Source: Macrostomum lignano (lineage: Eukaryota). Taken from it: DNA of 64,000 nt. Where the stretch lies: positions 24,552-88,551 of the forward strand of contig NIVC01003603.1 of the NCBI GenBank assembly GCA_002269645.1. Direction: 5' to 3'. This document shows positions 1 to 50,499 of this stretch, one piece after another. The translations under genes were made by a program, and so were the position numbers. Within the stretch, counting starts at the first letter, position 1, and each line of letters starts with the position of its first letter. A model generated the notes under the pieces. It saw nothing but the letters and a program-made list of their open reading frames with translations, was not told the origin of the DNA and did no database searches.

Positions 1-3000
1 TACCGTAGATTAAGACAGACCCATCTTCTACCGTAGATTAAGACAGACCCATCTTCTACCGTAGATTAAGACAGACCCATCTTCTTCTACCGTAGATTAA
101 GACAGACCCATCTTCTACCGTAGATTAAGACAGACCCATCTTCTTCTACCGTAGATTAAGACAGACCCATCTTCTTCTACCGTAGATTAAGACAGACCCA
201 TCTTCTTCTACCGTAGATTAAGACAGACCCATCTTCTATCGTAGATTAAGACAGACCCATCTTCTATCGTAGATTAAGACAGACCCATCTTCTATCGTAG
301 ATTAAGACAGACCCATCTTCTATCGTAGATTAAGACAGACCCATCTTCTATCGTAGATTAAGACAGACCCATCTTCTATCGTAGATTAAGACAGACCCAT
401 CTTCTATCGTAGATTAAGACAGACCCATCTTCTACCGTAGATTAAGACAGACCCATCTTCTTCTACCGTAGATTAAGACAGACCCATCTTCTTCTACCGT
501 AGATTAAGACAGACCCATCTTCTTCTACCGTAGATTAAGACAGACCCATCTTCTTCTACCGTAGATTAAGACAGACCCATCTTCTATCGTAGATTAAGAC
601 AGACCCATCTTCTATCGTAGATTAAGACAGACCCATCTTCTATCGTAGATTAAGACAGACCCATCTTCTATCCGTAGATTAAGACAGACCCATCTTCTAC
701 CGTAGATTAAGACAGACCCATCTTCTTCTACCGTAGATTAAGACAGACCCATCTTCTTCTACCGTAGATTAAGACAGACCCATCTTCTTCTACCGTAGAT
801 TAAGACAGACCCATCTTCTTCTACCGTAGATTAAGACAGACCCATCTTCTTCTACCGTAGATTAAGACAGACCCATCTTCTTCTACCGTAGATTAAGACA
901 GACCCATCTTCTTCTACCGTAGATTAAGACAGACCCATCTTCTTCTACCGTAGATTAAGACAGACCCATCTTCTACCGTAGATTAAGACAGACCCATCTT
1001 CTTCTACCGTAGATTAAGACAGACCCATCTTCTATCGTAGATTAAGACAGACCCATCTTCTATCGTAGATTAAGACAGACCCATCTTCTATCGTAGATTA
1101 AGACAGACCCATCTTCTATCGTAGATTAAGACAGACCCATCTTCTATCGTAGATTAAGACAGACCCATCTTCTTCTACCGTAGATTAAGACAGACCCATC
1201 TTCTTCTACCGTAGATTAAGACAGACCCATCTTCTTCTACCGTAGATTAAGACAGACCCATCTTCTTCTACCGTAGATTAAGACAGACCCATCTTCTATC
1301 GTAGATTAAGACAGACCCATCTTCTATCGTAGATTAAGACAGACCCATCTTCTATCGTAGATTAAGACAGACCCATCTTCTATCGTAGGTTAAGACAGAC
1401 CCATCTTCTATCGTAGATTAAGACAGACCCATCTTCTTCTACCGTAGATTAAGACAGACCCATCTTCTTCTACCGTAGATTAAGACAGACCCATCTTCTT
1501 CTACCGTAGATTAAGACAGACCCATCTTCTTCTACCGTAGATTAAGACAGACCCATCTTCTTCTACCGTAGATTAAGACAGACCCATCTTCTTCTACCGT
1601 AGATTAAGACAGACCCATCTTTTCTACCGTAGATTAAGACAGACCCATCTTCTTCTACCGTAGATTAAGACAGACCCATCTTCTTCTACCGTAGATTAAG
1701 ACAGACCCATCTTCTTCTACCGTAGATTAAGACAGACCCATCTTCTATCGTAGATTAAGACAGACCCATCTTCTATCGTAGATTAAGACAGACCCATCTT
1801 CTATCGTAGATTAAGACAGACCCATCTTCTATCGTAGATTAAGACAGACCCATCTTCTATCGTAGATTAAGACAGACCCATCTTCTATCGTAGATTAAGA
1901 CAGACCCATCTTCTACGTAGATTAAGACAGACCCATCTTCTTCCGTAGATTAAGACAGACCCATCTTCTACCGTAGATTAAGACAGACCCATCTTCTTCT
2001 ACCGTAGATTAAGACAGACCCATCTTCTACCGTAGATTAAGACAGACCCATCTTCTACCGTAGATTAAGACAGACCCATCTTCTTCTACCGTAGATTAAG
2101 ACAGACCCATCTTCTACCGTAGATTAAGACAGACCCATCTTCTTCTACCGTAGATTAAGACAGACCCATCTTCTACCGTAGATTAAGACAGACCCATCTT
2201 CTACCGTAGATTAAGACAGACCCATCTTCTATCGTAGATTAAGACAGACCCATCTTCTATCGTAGATTAAGACAGACCCATCTTCTATCGTAGATTAAGA
2301 CAGACCCATCTTCTATCGTAGATTAAGACAGACCCATCTTCTATCGTAGATTAAGACAGACCCATCTTCTATCGTAGATTAAGACAGACCCATCTTCTAT
2401 CGTAGATTAAGACAGACCCATCTTCTATCCGTAGATTAAGACAGACCCATCTTCTACCGTAGATTAAGACAGACCCATCTTCTTCTACCGTAGATTAAGA
2501 CAGACCCATCTTCTTCTACCGTAGATTAAGACAGACCCATCTTCTACCGTAGATTAAGACAGACCCATCTTCTTCTACCGTAGATTAAGACAGACCCATC
2601 TTCTACCGTAGATTAAGACAGACCCATCTTCTTCTACCGTAGATTAAGACAGACCCATCTTCTTCTACCGTAGATTAAGACAGACCCATCTTCTTCTACC
2701 GTAGATTAAGACAGACCCATCTTCTATCGTAGATTAAGACAGACCCATCTTCTATCGTAGATTAAGACAGACCCATCTTCTATCGTAGATTAAGACAGAC
2801 CCATCTTCTATCGTAGATTAAGACAGACCCATCTTCTATCGTAGATTAAGACAGACCCATCTTCTATCGTAGATTAAGACAGACCCATCTTCTTCGTAGA
2901 TTAAGACAGACCCATCTTCTACCGTAGATTAAGACAGACCCATCTTCTTCTACCGTAGATTAAGACAGACCCATCTTCTTCTACCGTAGATTAAGACAGA

Positions 3001-6000
3001 CCCATCTTCTTCTACCGTAGATTAAGACAGACCCATCTTTTCTACCGTAGATTAAGACAGACCCATCTTTTTCTACCGTAGATTAAGACAGACCCATCTT
3101 CTTCTACCGTAGATTAAGACAGACCCATCTTCTACCGTAGATTAAGACAGACCCATCTTCTTCTACCGTAGATTAAGACAGACCCATCTTCTACCGTAGA
3201 TTAAGACAGACCCATCTTCTTCTACCGTAGATTAAGACAGACCCATCTTCTTCTACGTAGATTAAGACAGACCCATCTTCTATCGTAGATTAAGACAGAC
3301 CCATCTTCTATCGTAGATTAAGACAGACCCATCTTCTATCGTAGATTAAGACAGACCCATCTTCTATCGTAGATTAAGACAGACCCATCTTCTATCGTAG
3401 ATTAAGACAGACCCATCTTCTACGTAGATTAAGACAGACCCATCTTCTTCTACCGTAGATTAAGACAGACCCATCTTCTTCTACCGTAGATTAAGACAGA
3501 CCCATCTTCTTCTACCGTAGATTAAGACAGACCCATCTTCTTCTACCGTAGATTAAGACAGACCCATCTTCTTCTACCGTAGATTAAGACAGACCCATCT
3601 TCTTCTACCGTAGATTAAGACAGACCCATCTTCTTCTACCGTAGATTAAGACAGACCCATCTTCTTCTACCGTAGATTAAGACAGACCCATCTTCTATCG
3701 TAGATTAAGACAGACCCATCTTCTATCGTAGATTAAGACAGACCCATCTTCTATCGTAGATTAAGACAGACCCATCTTCTATCGTAGATTAAGACAGACC
3801 CATCTTCTATCGTAGATTAAGACAGACCCATCTTCTATCGTAGATTAAGACAGACCCATCTTCTATCGTAGATTAAGACAGACCCATCTTCTATCGTAGA
3901 TTAAGACAGACCCATCTTCTATCGTAGATTAAGACAGACCCATCTTCTATCGTAGATTAAGACAGACCCATCTTCTATCGTAGATTAAGACAGACCCATC
4001 TTCTATCGTAGATTAAGACAGACCCATCTTCTATCGTAGATTAAGACAGACCCATCTTCTATCGTAGATTAAGACAGACCCATCTTCTATCGTAGATTAA
4101 GACAGACCCATCTTCTATCGTAGATTAAGACAGACCCATCTTCTACGTAGATTAAGACAGACCCATCTTCTACCGTAGATTAAGACAGACCCATCTTCTA
4201 CCGTAGATTAAGACAGACCCATCTTTTCTACCGTAGATTAAGACAGACCCATCTTCTACCGTAGATTAAGACAGACCCATCTTCTACCGTAGATTAAGAC
4301 AGACCCATCTTCTTCTACCGTAGATTAAGACAGACCCATCTTCTACCGTAGATTAAGACAGACCCATCTTCTTCTACCGTAGATTAAGACAGACCCATCT
4401 TCTACCGTAGATTAAGACAGACCCATCTTCTTCTACCGTAGATTAAGACAGACCCATCTTCTTCGTAGATTAAGACAGACCCATCTTCTATCGTAGATTA
4501 AGACAGACCCATCTTCTATCGTAGATTAAGACAGACCCATCTTCTATCGTAGATTAAGACAGACCCATCTTCTATCGTAGATTAAGACAGACCCATCTTC
4601 TATCGTAGATTAAGACAGACCCATCTTCTATCGTAGATTAAGACAGACCCATCTTCTATCGTAGATTAAGACAGACCCATCTTCTACCGTAGATTAAGAC
4701 AGACCCATCTTTCTACCGTAGATTAAGACAGACCCATCTTCTATCGTAGATTAAGACAGACCCATCTTCTACCGTAGATTAAGACAGACCCATCTTCTTC
4801 TACCGTAGATTAAGACAGACCCATCTTCTACCGTAGATTAAGACAGACCCATCTTCTACCGTAGATTAAGACAGACCCATCTTCTTCTACCGTAGATTAA
4901 GACAGACCCATCTTCTTCTACCGTAGATTAAGACAGACCCATCTTCTTCTACCGTAGATTAAGACAGACCCATCTTCTATCGTAGATTAAGACAGACCCA
5001 TCTTCTATCGTAGATTAAGACAGACCCATCTTCTATCGTAGGTTAAGACAGACCCATCTTCTATCGTAGATTAAGACAGACCCATCTTCTATCGTAGATT
5101 AAGACAGACCCATCTTCTACGTAGATTAAGACAGACCCATCTTCTTCTACCGTAGATTAAGACAGACCCATCTTCTACCGTAGATTAAGACAGACCCATC
5201 TTTTCTACCGTAGATTAAGACAGACCCATCTTCTTCTACCAGATTAAGACAGACCCATCTTTTCTACCGTAGATTAAGACAGACCCATCTTCTTCTACCA
5301 TAGATTAAGACAGACCCATCTTCTATCGTAGATTAAGACAGACCCATCTTCTATCGTAGATTAAGACAGACCCATCTTCTATCGTAGATTAAGACAGACC
5401 CATCTTCTATCGTAGATTAAGACAGACCCATCTTCTATGTAGATTAAGACAGACCCATCTTCTATCGTAGATTAAGACAGACCCATCTTCTATCGTAGAT
5501 TAAGACAGACCCATCTTCTACCGTAGATTAAGACAGACCCATCTTCTTCTACCGTAGATTAAGACAGACCCATCTTCTACCGTAGATTAAGACAGACCCA
5601 TCTTTTTCTACCGTAGATTAAGACAGACCCATCTTCTCTACCGTAGATTAAGACAGACCCATCTTCTATCGTAGATTAAGACAGACCCATCTTCTTCTAC
5701 CGTAGATTAAGACAGACCCATCTTCTATCGTAGATTAAGACAGACCCATCTTCTATCGTAGATTAAGACAGACCCATCTTCTATCGTAGGTTAAGACAGA
5801 CCCATCTTCTATCGTAGATTAAGACAGACCCATCTTCTATCGTAGATTAAGACAGACCCATCTTCTATCGTAGATTAAGACAGACCCATCTTCTATCGTA
5901 GATTAAGACAGACCCATCTTCTATCGTAGATTAAGACAGACCCATCTTCTACCGTAGATTAAGACAGACCCATCTTCTTCTACCGTAGATTAAGACAGAC

Positions 6001-9000
6001 CCATCTTCTACCGTAGATTAAGACAGACCCATCTTTTCTACCGTAGATTAAGACAGACCCATCTTCTTCTACCGTAGATTAAGACAGACCCATCTTCTAT
6101 CGTAGATTAAGACAGACCCATCTTCTTCTACCGTAGATTAAGACAGACCCATCTTCTATCGTAGATTAAGACAGACCCATCTTCTATCGTAGATTAAGAC
6201 AGACCCATCTTCTATCGTAGATTAAGACAGACCCATCTTCTATCGTAGATTAAGACAGACCCATCTTCTATCGTAGATTAAGACAGACCCATCTTCTTCG
6301 TAGATTAAGACAGACCCATCTTCTTCTACCGTAGATTAAGACAGACCCATCTTCTTCTACCGTAGATTAAGACAGACCCATCTTCTTCTACCGTAGATTA
6401 AGACAGACCCATCTTCTTCTACCGTAGATTAAGACAGACCCATCTTTTCTACCGTAGATTAAGACAGACCCATCTTTTCTACCGTAGATTAAGACAGACC
6501 CATCTTCTTCTACCGTAGATTAAGACAGACCCATCTTCTATCGTAGATTAAGACAGACCCATCTTCTTCTACCGTAGATTAAGACAGACCCATCTTTTCT
6601 ACCATAGATTAAGACAGACCCATCTTCTTCTACCGTAGATTAAGACAGACCCATCTTCTATCGTAGATTAAGACAGACCCATCTTCTTCTACCGTAGATT
6701 AAGACAGACCCATCTTCTTCTACCATAGATTAAGACAGACCCATCTTCTTCTACCGTAGATTAAGACAGACCCATCTTCTATCGTAGGTTAAGACAGACC
6801 CATCTTCTATCGTAGATTAAGACAGACCCATCTTCTTCTACCGTAGATTAAGACAGACCCATCTTCTTCTACCGTAGATTAAGACAGACCCATCTTCTTC
6901 TACCATAGATTAAGACAGACCCATCTTCTTCTACCGTAGATTAAGACAGACCCATCTTTTCTACCGTAGATTAAGACAGACCCATCTTCTCTACCGTAGA
7001 TTAAGACAGACCCATCTTCTATCGTAGATTAAAACAGACCCATCTTCTTCTACCGTAGATTAAGACAGACCCATCTTTTCTACCGTAGATTAAGACAGAC
7101 CCATCTTCTATCGTAGATTAAGACAGACCCATCTTCTATCGTAGGTTAAGACAGACCCATCTTCTATCGTAGGTTAAGACAGACCCATCTTCTATCGTAG
7201 ATTAAGACAGACCCATCTTCTATCGTAGGTTAAGACAGACCCATCTTCTATGGTAGATTAAGACATACCCATCTTCTATCGTAGGTTAAGACAGACCCAT
7301 CTTCTATCGTAGATTAAGACAGACCCATCTTCTACCGTAGATTAAGACAGACCCATCTTCTTCTACCGTAGATTAAGACAGACCCATCTTCTACCGTAGA
7401 TTAAGACAGACCCATCTTTTTCTACCGTAGATTAAGACAGACCCATCTTCTTCTACCGTAGATTAAGACAGACCCATCTTCTATCGTAGATTAAGACAGA
7501 CCCATCTTCTTCTACCGTAGATTAAGACAGACCCATCTTCTACCGTAGATTAAGGCAGACCCATCTTCTTCTATCGTAGGTTAAGACAGACCCATCTTCT
7601 ATCGTAGATTAAGGCAGACCCATCTTCTATCGTAGATTAAGACAGACCCATCTTCTATCGTAGGTTAAGACAGACCCATCTTCTATCGTAGATTAAGACA
7701 GACCCATCTTCTTCTACCGTAGATTAAGACAGACCCATCTTCTTCTACCGTAGATTAAGACAGACCCATCTTCTTCTACCATAGATTAAGACAGACCCAT
7801 CTTCTTCTACCGTAGATTAAGACAGACCCATCTTTTTCTACCGTAGATTAAGACAGACCCATCTTTTTCTACCGTAGATTAAGACAGACCCATCTTCTTC
7901 TACCGTAGATTAAGACAGACCCATCTTCTATCGTAGATTAAGACAGACCCATCTTCTTCTACCGTAGATTAAGACAGACCCATCTTTTTCTACCGTAGAT
8001 TAAGACAGACCCATCTTCTACCGTAGATTAAGGCAGACCCATCTTCTATCGTAGGTTAAGACAGACCCATCTTCTATCGTAGATTAAGACAGACCCATCT
8101 TCTATCGTAGATTAAGACAGACCCATCTTCTATCGTAGATTAAGACAGACCCATCTTCTATCGTAGATTAAGACAGACCCATCTTCTTCTACCGTAGATT
8201 AAGACAGACCCATCTTCTTCTACCGTAGATTAAGACAGACCCATCTTCTTCGTAGATTAAGACAGACCCATCTTCTTCTACCGTAGATTAAGACAGACCC
8301 ATCTTCTATCGTAGATTAAGACAGACCCATCTTCTTCGTAGATTAAGACAGACCCATCTTCTTCTACCGTAGATTAAGACAGACCCATCTTCTTCTACCG
8401 TAGATTAAGACAGACCCATCTTCTTCTACCATAGATTAAGACAGACCCATCTTCTTCTACCGTAGATTAAGACAGACCCATCTTCTTCTACCATAGATTA
8501 AGACAGACCCATCTTCTTCTACCGTAGATTAAGACAGACCCATCTTCTTCTACCATAGATTAAGACAGACCCATCTTCTTCTACCGTAGATTAAGACAGA
8601 CCCATCTTCTTCTACCATAGATTAAGACAGACCCATCTTCTTCTACCGTAGATTAAGACAGACCCATCTTCTATCGTAGATTAAGACAGACCCATCTTCT
8701 ATCGTAGATTAAGACAGACCCATCTTCTATCGTAGATTAAGACAGACCCATCTTCTATCGTAGATTAAGACAGACCCATCTTTTTCTACCGTAGATTAAG
8801 ACAGACCCATCTTCTTCTACCGTAGATTAAGACAGACCCATCTTCTTCTACCATAGATTAAGACAGACCCATCTTCTTCTACCGTAGATTAAGACAGACC
8901 CATCTTTTTCTACCGTAGATTAAGACAGACCCATCTTTTTCTACCGTAGATTAAGACAGACCCATCTTCTTCTACCGTAGATTAAGACTGCAGGGCTGTC

Positions 9001-9135
9001 CCGGAGGGGACACAGCGGGAAGGCGCGGGCGGTAGATTAAGACAGACCCATCTTTTTCTACCGTAGATTAAGACAGACCCATCTTCTAAGGTAGATTAAG
9101 ACAGACGCATCTTCTTCTACCGTAGATTAAGACAG
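1..9135 (+). repeat. Satellite array, 28/31-bp unit CCGTAGATTAAGACAGACCCATCTTC(TTC)TA, roughly 300 copies; continues off the left edge
   Basis: Periodicity read directly (unit starts at 3, 31, 59, 90). Variants are a TTC indel and C/T at CTA[C/T]CGTAG. Confidence 0.99.
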
Positions 9136-9576
9136 TCAATCACCCTGGGATAGGTATCTGACAGGCCCTCTAGTTCTGATAATTGCAAGACATTTTTCTT
9201 CGAACTTATTTATCGCTTTTTGACGCCGGATCGACGAGCTAAAGGACAGTGTTTTATTTAATCGGTACAGAAGTTCGTCACTAGGCATGGGTGTTTGACG
9301 GGTTGCGCCAAGTCCAGCCCTCTGAAAATCAATGAAAGAAAAAAGTGAGGAAGTAGGAGCTGAAAAACCAGCAACGCAATGGTGCCAAGTTCATTAGGGA
9401 TTAGCAAGAAATTGAAAAAAATCAAACCAAAATCCTTGCCGTGAAGAGTGGGAAACCGAATTAACGGATTTGACTTTGGATCGATCACAGCTATGAGCTT
9501 GTCGAATTGCTCACCAACAGAAAATACAACTGCTTCCAGTTATAAGAGTGTACTTTGAACACCGATTGAAAAACAA

Positions 9577-10255
9577 TAGAAGAAGATCTGTCTTAATCTA
9601 CGGTAGAAGAAGATGGGTCTGTCTTAATCTACGGTAGAAGAAGATGGGTCTGTCTTAATCTACGGTAGAAAAAGATGGGTCTGTCTTAATCTACGATAGA
9701 AGATGGGTCTGTCTTAATCTACGATAGAAGATGGGTCTGTCTTAATCTACGGTAGAAGAAGATGGGTCTGCCTTAATCTACGGTAGAAGAAGATGGGTCT
9801 GCCTTAATCTACGGTAGAAGAAGATGGGTCTGCCTTAATCTACGGTAGAAGAAGATGGGTCTGCCTTAATCTACGGTAGAAGAAGATGGGTCTGCCTTAA
9901 TCTACGGTAGAAGAAGATGGGTCTGTCTTAATCTACGGTAGAAGAAGATGGGTCTGGCTTAATCTACGGTAGAAGAAGATGGTCTGCCTTAATCTACGGT
10001 AGAAGAAGATGGGTCTGCCTTAATCTACGGTAGAAGAAGATGGTCTGCCTTAATCTACGGTAGAAAAAGATGGGTCTGCCTTAATCTACGGTAGAAGAAG
10101 ATGGGTCTGCCTTAATCTACGGTAGAAGAAGATGGGTCTGCCTTAATCTACGGTAGAAGAAGATGGATCTGCCTTAATCTACGGTAGAAGAAGATGGGTC
10201 TGTCTTTATCTACGGTAGAAGAAGATGGGTCTGTCTTATTTTAATCTAAGGTAGC
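9577..10255 (-). repeat. Inverted arm of the same 28/31-bp satellite, about 22 copies
   Basis: TAGAAGAAGATGGGTCTG(T/C)CTTAATCTACGG is the reverse complement of the 1-9135 unit. It is separated from the main array by a 441-bp unique spacer (9136-9576). Confidence 0.97.
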
Positions 10256-10726
10256 TAGAAAATTGACTTAACCCAGAATGATATGGTTTTGAAAATCGCT
10301 AATACGAGTAATATTGTTGACTTAAGACAGGCTATAGCTTAAGGCGCATTGTTTCAGCCAGCATTGATCAGCAATCAGGCATTGAAATTGATGAGCTTGA
10401 AATGAAAGCATTTTAATTATCTCGTACTTGAATAGAATTGAATTGTTTCATGATTTGTTATAGCTTTGGCATTGAAATTCACGCTGCAGAGAAAATAAAT
10501 GGAAGTCCTGGATATAAAAAATGAATGAATTCAATGCAACAGTGGGCCATTCAATAAGGAAAAATGGATGGTGCGTATTCAAAAGATGCATATGTATTTA
10601 GGGAGCTTTCTAGTAAACTGTTATTGAGCTGGCTTCAAGCGACTCATTCTAATGATTATAGTTTGCAGGCACTCTAGATGATCATTTTAATTATTAAAAC
10701 TAAGAATTTAATTAAAAAATACGAAA

Positions 10727-10768
10727 GCCATCGTGGGGGCGCCATCGTGGGGCGCCATCGTGGGGCGC
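10727..10768 (+). repeat. Short tandem repeat GCCATCGTGGGGC x3
   Basis: Read directly from the sequence. Confidence 0.85.
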
Positions 10769-12344
10769 GATCATACAGTTGGGGCGCTAATTGGCCTGGC
10801 AAAAGGGTCGCCAGCAACAAAAGTGGTGCCACGGCAGCGAGCCGTGGTGACAGCGCAGCAGCTGCGATATGCATCCCGCCAAGCCCAAAGCAGTTATTGG
10901 GCGAATATTAAAATTAATAATAGCTTTAAGGTGTCAAAACCTGTCAAAGGTCATCATTTTTTCAGCACTGGGTGGGAGACGAGTGGGTCCCATGCCCAAC
11001 TAGCTATACACCCCTGCTTCCAGCAAGATTAAACAAACTGGAATATGCATGCATTGGTATACAGTAGATTGGCAGAATTATTTGGAATACACGCTCCTTC
11101 ATGGTTCAGTTCAGTTCGATCACAGTCTAGCTTGAAGCGTAAAACAGTTTCGGCATTCTTTTTGCGCTTGTGGGCCACGTACGAGCTATATTCATTCGAC
11201 CTAGATCCGTGAGATAGATCGAGCGTCTGCACGAACTCGTATGCTAACTCGTAAGCCAAAGAGCGAATTATGATTTAATATTGTTAATGAGCAAGCTCAC
11301 TATCTGTAAGTGAGTACTTAAACGTCATTTGCATACACATAACCTGTAAAAAGGTTATATTACATATGCATGTAACATGTATTTAATACGAATAAAAATA
11401 AATATTGGATCAACGTTTTCGTGCAGGCCTTAAAGGATTCTCACATTTTGATACAATTTTGATATAGTACTTCATTTTGATTTCTGATCCAAAAACTTCT
11501 TAATCCGTAAGCTTTTCAAGCTTGAAATCCCTGAAAATTTCCGCTGGAAAAAGCTAATATATTGGTGTATATATGCGCCTTCTATACTAGGTACTGTGTA
11601 CAGCGCAGAACTAGAACTACTCTTGCTCGGCATGGAATTGCAACCAAAAGCTGTCGTAGCGTAAGTTCGATCGTACGTCGGAACTTTTACACTGTGGGGA
11701 TAGGATCTAAGAACGATCTTATTTTAAGATGTCTTAGAACGGGCCCCTTAATATGTTTCGTCTCTTTACGGATGCAAAGTAAGAGCAAAAACAAAATCTA
11801 AGACTACAAATACTAATGAGCTTTTCGTATGTCTTATTATTAACGTTTGAATAAGCATAAGCTTTTAAACATAATATTTTTGTCTAAAGTTAATATAAAA
11901 TTAAAAAACGTGCAATTTCAAATGAAACGAAAGTAAACTGAACATTGATTTTTTGTAAATCAGCAAGTGCAGTTGGGGTGAGCTAAATCAGTCAACCCAG
12001 TCACCGAATTACCGTCGCCAACTGCTACGCTTAACTTCTGGTCTAAATAAAGTAAAGTTTAGCATAAGGGAGAAAAGAATAAACTATCTTTTTAAAGTTT
12101 TTAGCCCATCACTGTTTCCATAATTCACTGTCACATCGTTCTCCAGGTTCTGTTCTGTTCTTGCTTACAGCTCACAATATTAAAATTAAAAACCTAAGTC
12201 ATTATTACATTATGACTTATGTGTGTATGTAGCAGCAGTTATTATTCATCACTTATTATCAAAGGAATAGTTTTAACTTTTTATGTTTTACTTGATTACC
12301 AATATTTTTTGGTCAAAAAGATATTCTTTGTAACTTTATTTAAA

Positions 12345-48409
<36,065 letters not shown>

Positions 48410-50499
48410 AGGCTTCTGTGCACTGATCCTGTGTATATACATGCCCTATTTGGATGGAAACTAATGGAGTCGAGAGTTCTACCTTATACTGTCACAGAGG
48501 CATTGACAATGCAATAACAATACATTGCAATACAGGCGCCTTTGGTGTTGTTCTTATTCATAACACTTCCAAGTATTGATTATATTCTGTTATATGGTTG
48601 ACGATTCTCCTCTGCTCTCTGTGTAACTATTGAACTTTTCCTCTATTTCTCTTTGCTTAAATTAGGTTTTAAAAAACACTTGTATATCATAATGTACTCC
48701 GTTTGTTATTTAGTCAGTTAAATTGCTCTCTATTTTTGCTACTGCAAGTAATATTCTATTCTATATATCAATAATATATACGTTTTCTAGTCTGCATATT
48801 AGAAACAATTACATGCAATGCAAACAATATTCCACTTTTCTAACTAAAGAAAATAAAATCACCAGCTAATTTTATGACTTAACTAATTTTTTCAAAAAAA
48901 ATGAATTGCTCGTAACTACTAGCTATTCAGTTCAGTAGTATGCAGAGCACTTATTGTTATTTTTTCTTTATATATTGTCTATGGCTTTTAAGGCTTAGCT
49001 TAAGTTTTTATTTTCATTTATATTTATCTCTAAGTAACAGCTAATTTTTCAACTCTTAGCTTGCATTTTCTGTAGTCTAAAAAACGTTTTTTCAATTCAT
49101 TATTTTGCTTTGGTTTAGTTATCACTGTATCGGAATTGCCAGCATGAAGTGGTTTGTTTGATCGCTCAAATTTGCACTGTTGGAGCTTAATTCTGTTAAC
49201 ACAGTAAATATACAAAGACAACAATTTGCTTTCTCCAACTCTGACTACTGGACTATCTGTTGCAGAGTCATTTTTCTCACCTTATTGGCAAAGATCGCAT
49301 TTAAATTGCTTTTAAATAGTATAGTTACCGTCTTTCTCCTTTATTTGTTACTTTCAAACAATAGAAGGGCACTAAGTACATGTCTGAGAAGGTTTGGGAT
49401 ATTCGGTAATAAAACTACGCTCGTACAAGTGTGAATAGTTGAAAGGTGTGAATAGTACTCTACGTACTGTATATTGTCATTTCCAAGACCAACTCAGCTC
49501 CAAAAGGAGCCAGGGCGTCAGTGAGAAGTCCTTTTGAATGTGAGAAACTAATAGTGTTCGTTCGTCTATCGTGAAGGTTCTACTTAATCAGGGCTTTTTC
49601 AAGTTTCAAGATGATTCAAGGCTCATAGAGTAGAGAGAGATATTGCTTGGAGATGCCTATTGCCTAGGCTGATGGGGGGGGGGGGGTTCTGAGATGTCGA
49701 TTACCAAGGGTCCAAGGGTAAATTGGGAGTTATTGGTACGTCAAGCATCAAATGGAGATTTAGGGTTAGGCCGCGGCTTAATGGAAGGCTTTGATGCCAA
49801 AGTTCTAAGGGGATACCTTAGAACGACCTGACTGATCTGATAGTGATATCTTAGGCCACGGCCTGACGGTACATATACGAGTACATAGTTAGGGACTTTT
49901 TTTCATAAAAAATCAACTCTTCTTTGTTGCCTCCCCAACGGGTCGAAGATAGCTTTGCTAGTTTGCAACTTTGAATTTTGGGAACTAAGCTGGCTGACTC
50001 ACTGACTGTCATTCTGTCAGTGGCGGACGGGTGGGGCGGGTGCTATTGCGTGCATGCCGGCTGGCCTGTGAGTGGGTGGTGGTGGGACTGTTGTTGGTTT
50101 TCTTTTAGAGAGCGGGGATAGAAAGTAGAGTTTACTTTAATGATAGTAGTGAGGGCGGGTTGGGATTGGGAAGGGAACACTGAGTAAGGCTTAAAGGGTG
50201 GATGCGAGAAAGCCGAGAAACAGGAGGGTCGCAAGACACGCACGAATTAGAGCCTTTGCTGTTGTTAGTCATCTTTGTCCTCGCTAGAGGGGCGAGTGGC
50301 GGTGGAGGTGAAATAAGATCGGAGGAGAGGAGAGTGATGAAACGAGAGGCCTACGCATGCTTCGCTTATCGATCGCCCCGGGAAGCACCCACCCCCGCCT
50401 TCTGTACACTCCTGTACATTCCGCGAGTGGCGGAGGAATGTGGGAACTTGAACCCACCCCCCGGCGTAATTAATGGGCCCTAGTTTTAAGACCGGCGGA

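Noticed and set aside
1-9135. CRISPR-like array (repeats of about 28-38 bp here, at 33200-34380 and elsewhere)
   Set aside because: The units are directly abutting with no unique spacers, there are no cas genes, and the context is eukaryotic.
9258-9488. 76-aa ORF in the spacer as a transposase fragment
   Set aside because: It starts at a non-ATG codon, has no recognisable motif, and the other frames have frequent stops.
9136-10255. Inverted arm as a fold-back read artefact
   Set aside because: The right arm has a different variant composition and order from the adjacent left arm, so it is not a mirror copy. This still needs read confirmation.
10268-10290. TTAACCC as a piggyBac left end (also at about 32990)
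   Set aside because: No matching right end or TIR was found; the motif is too short to be significant.
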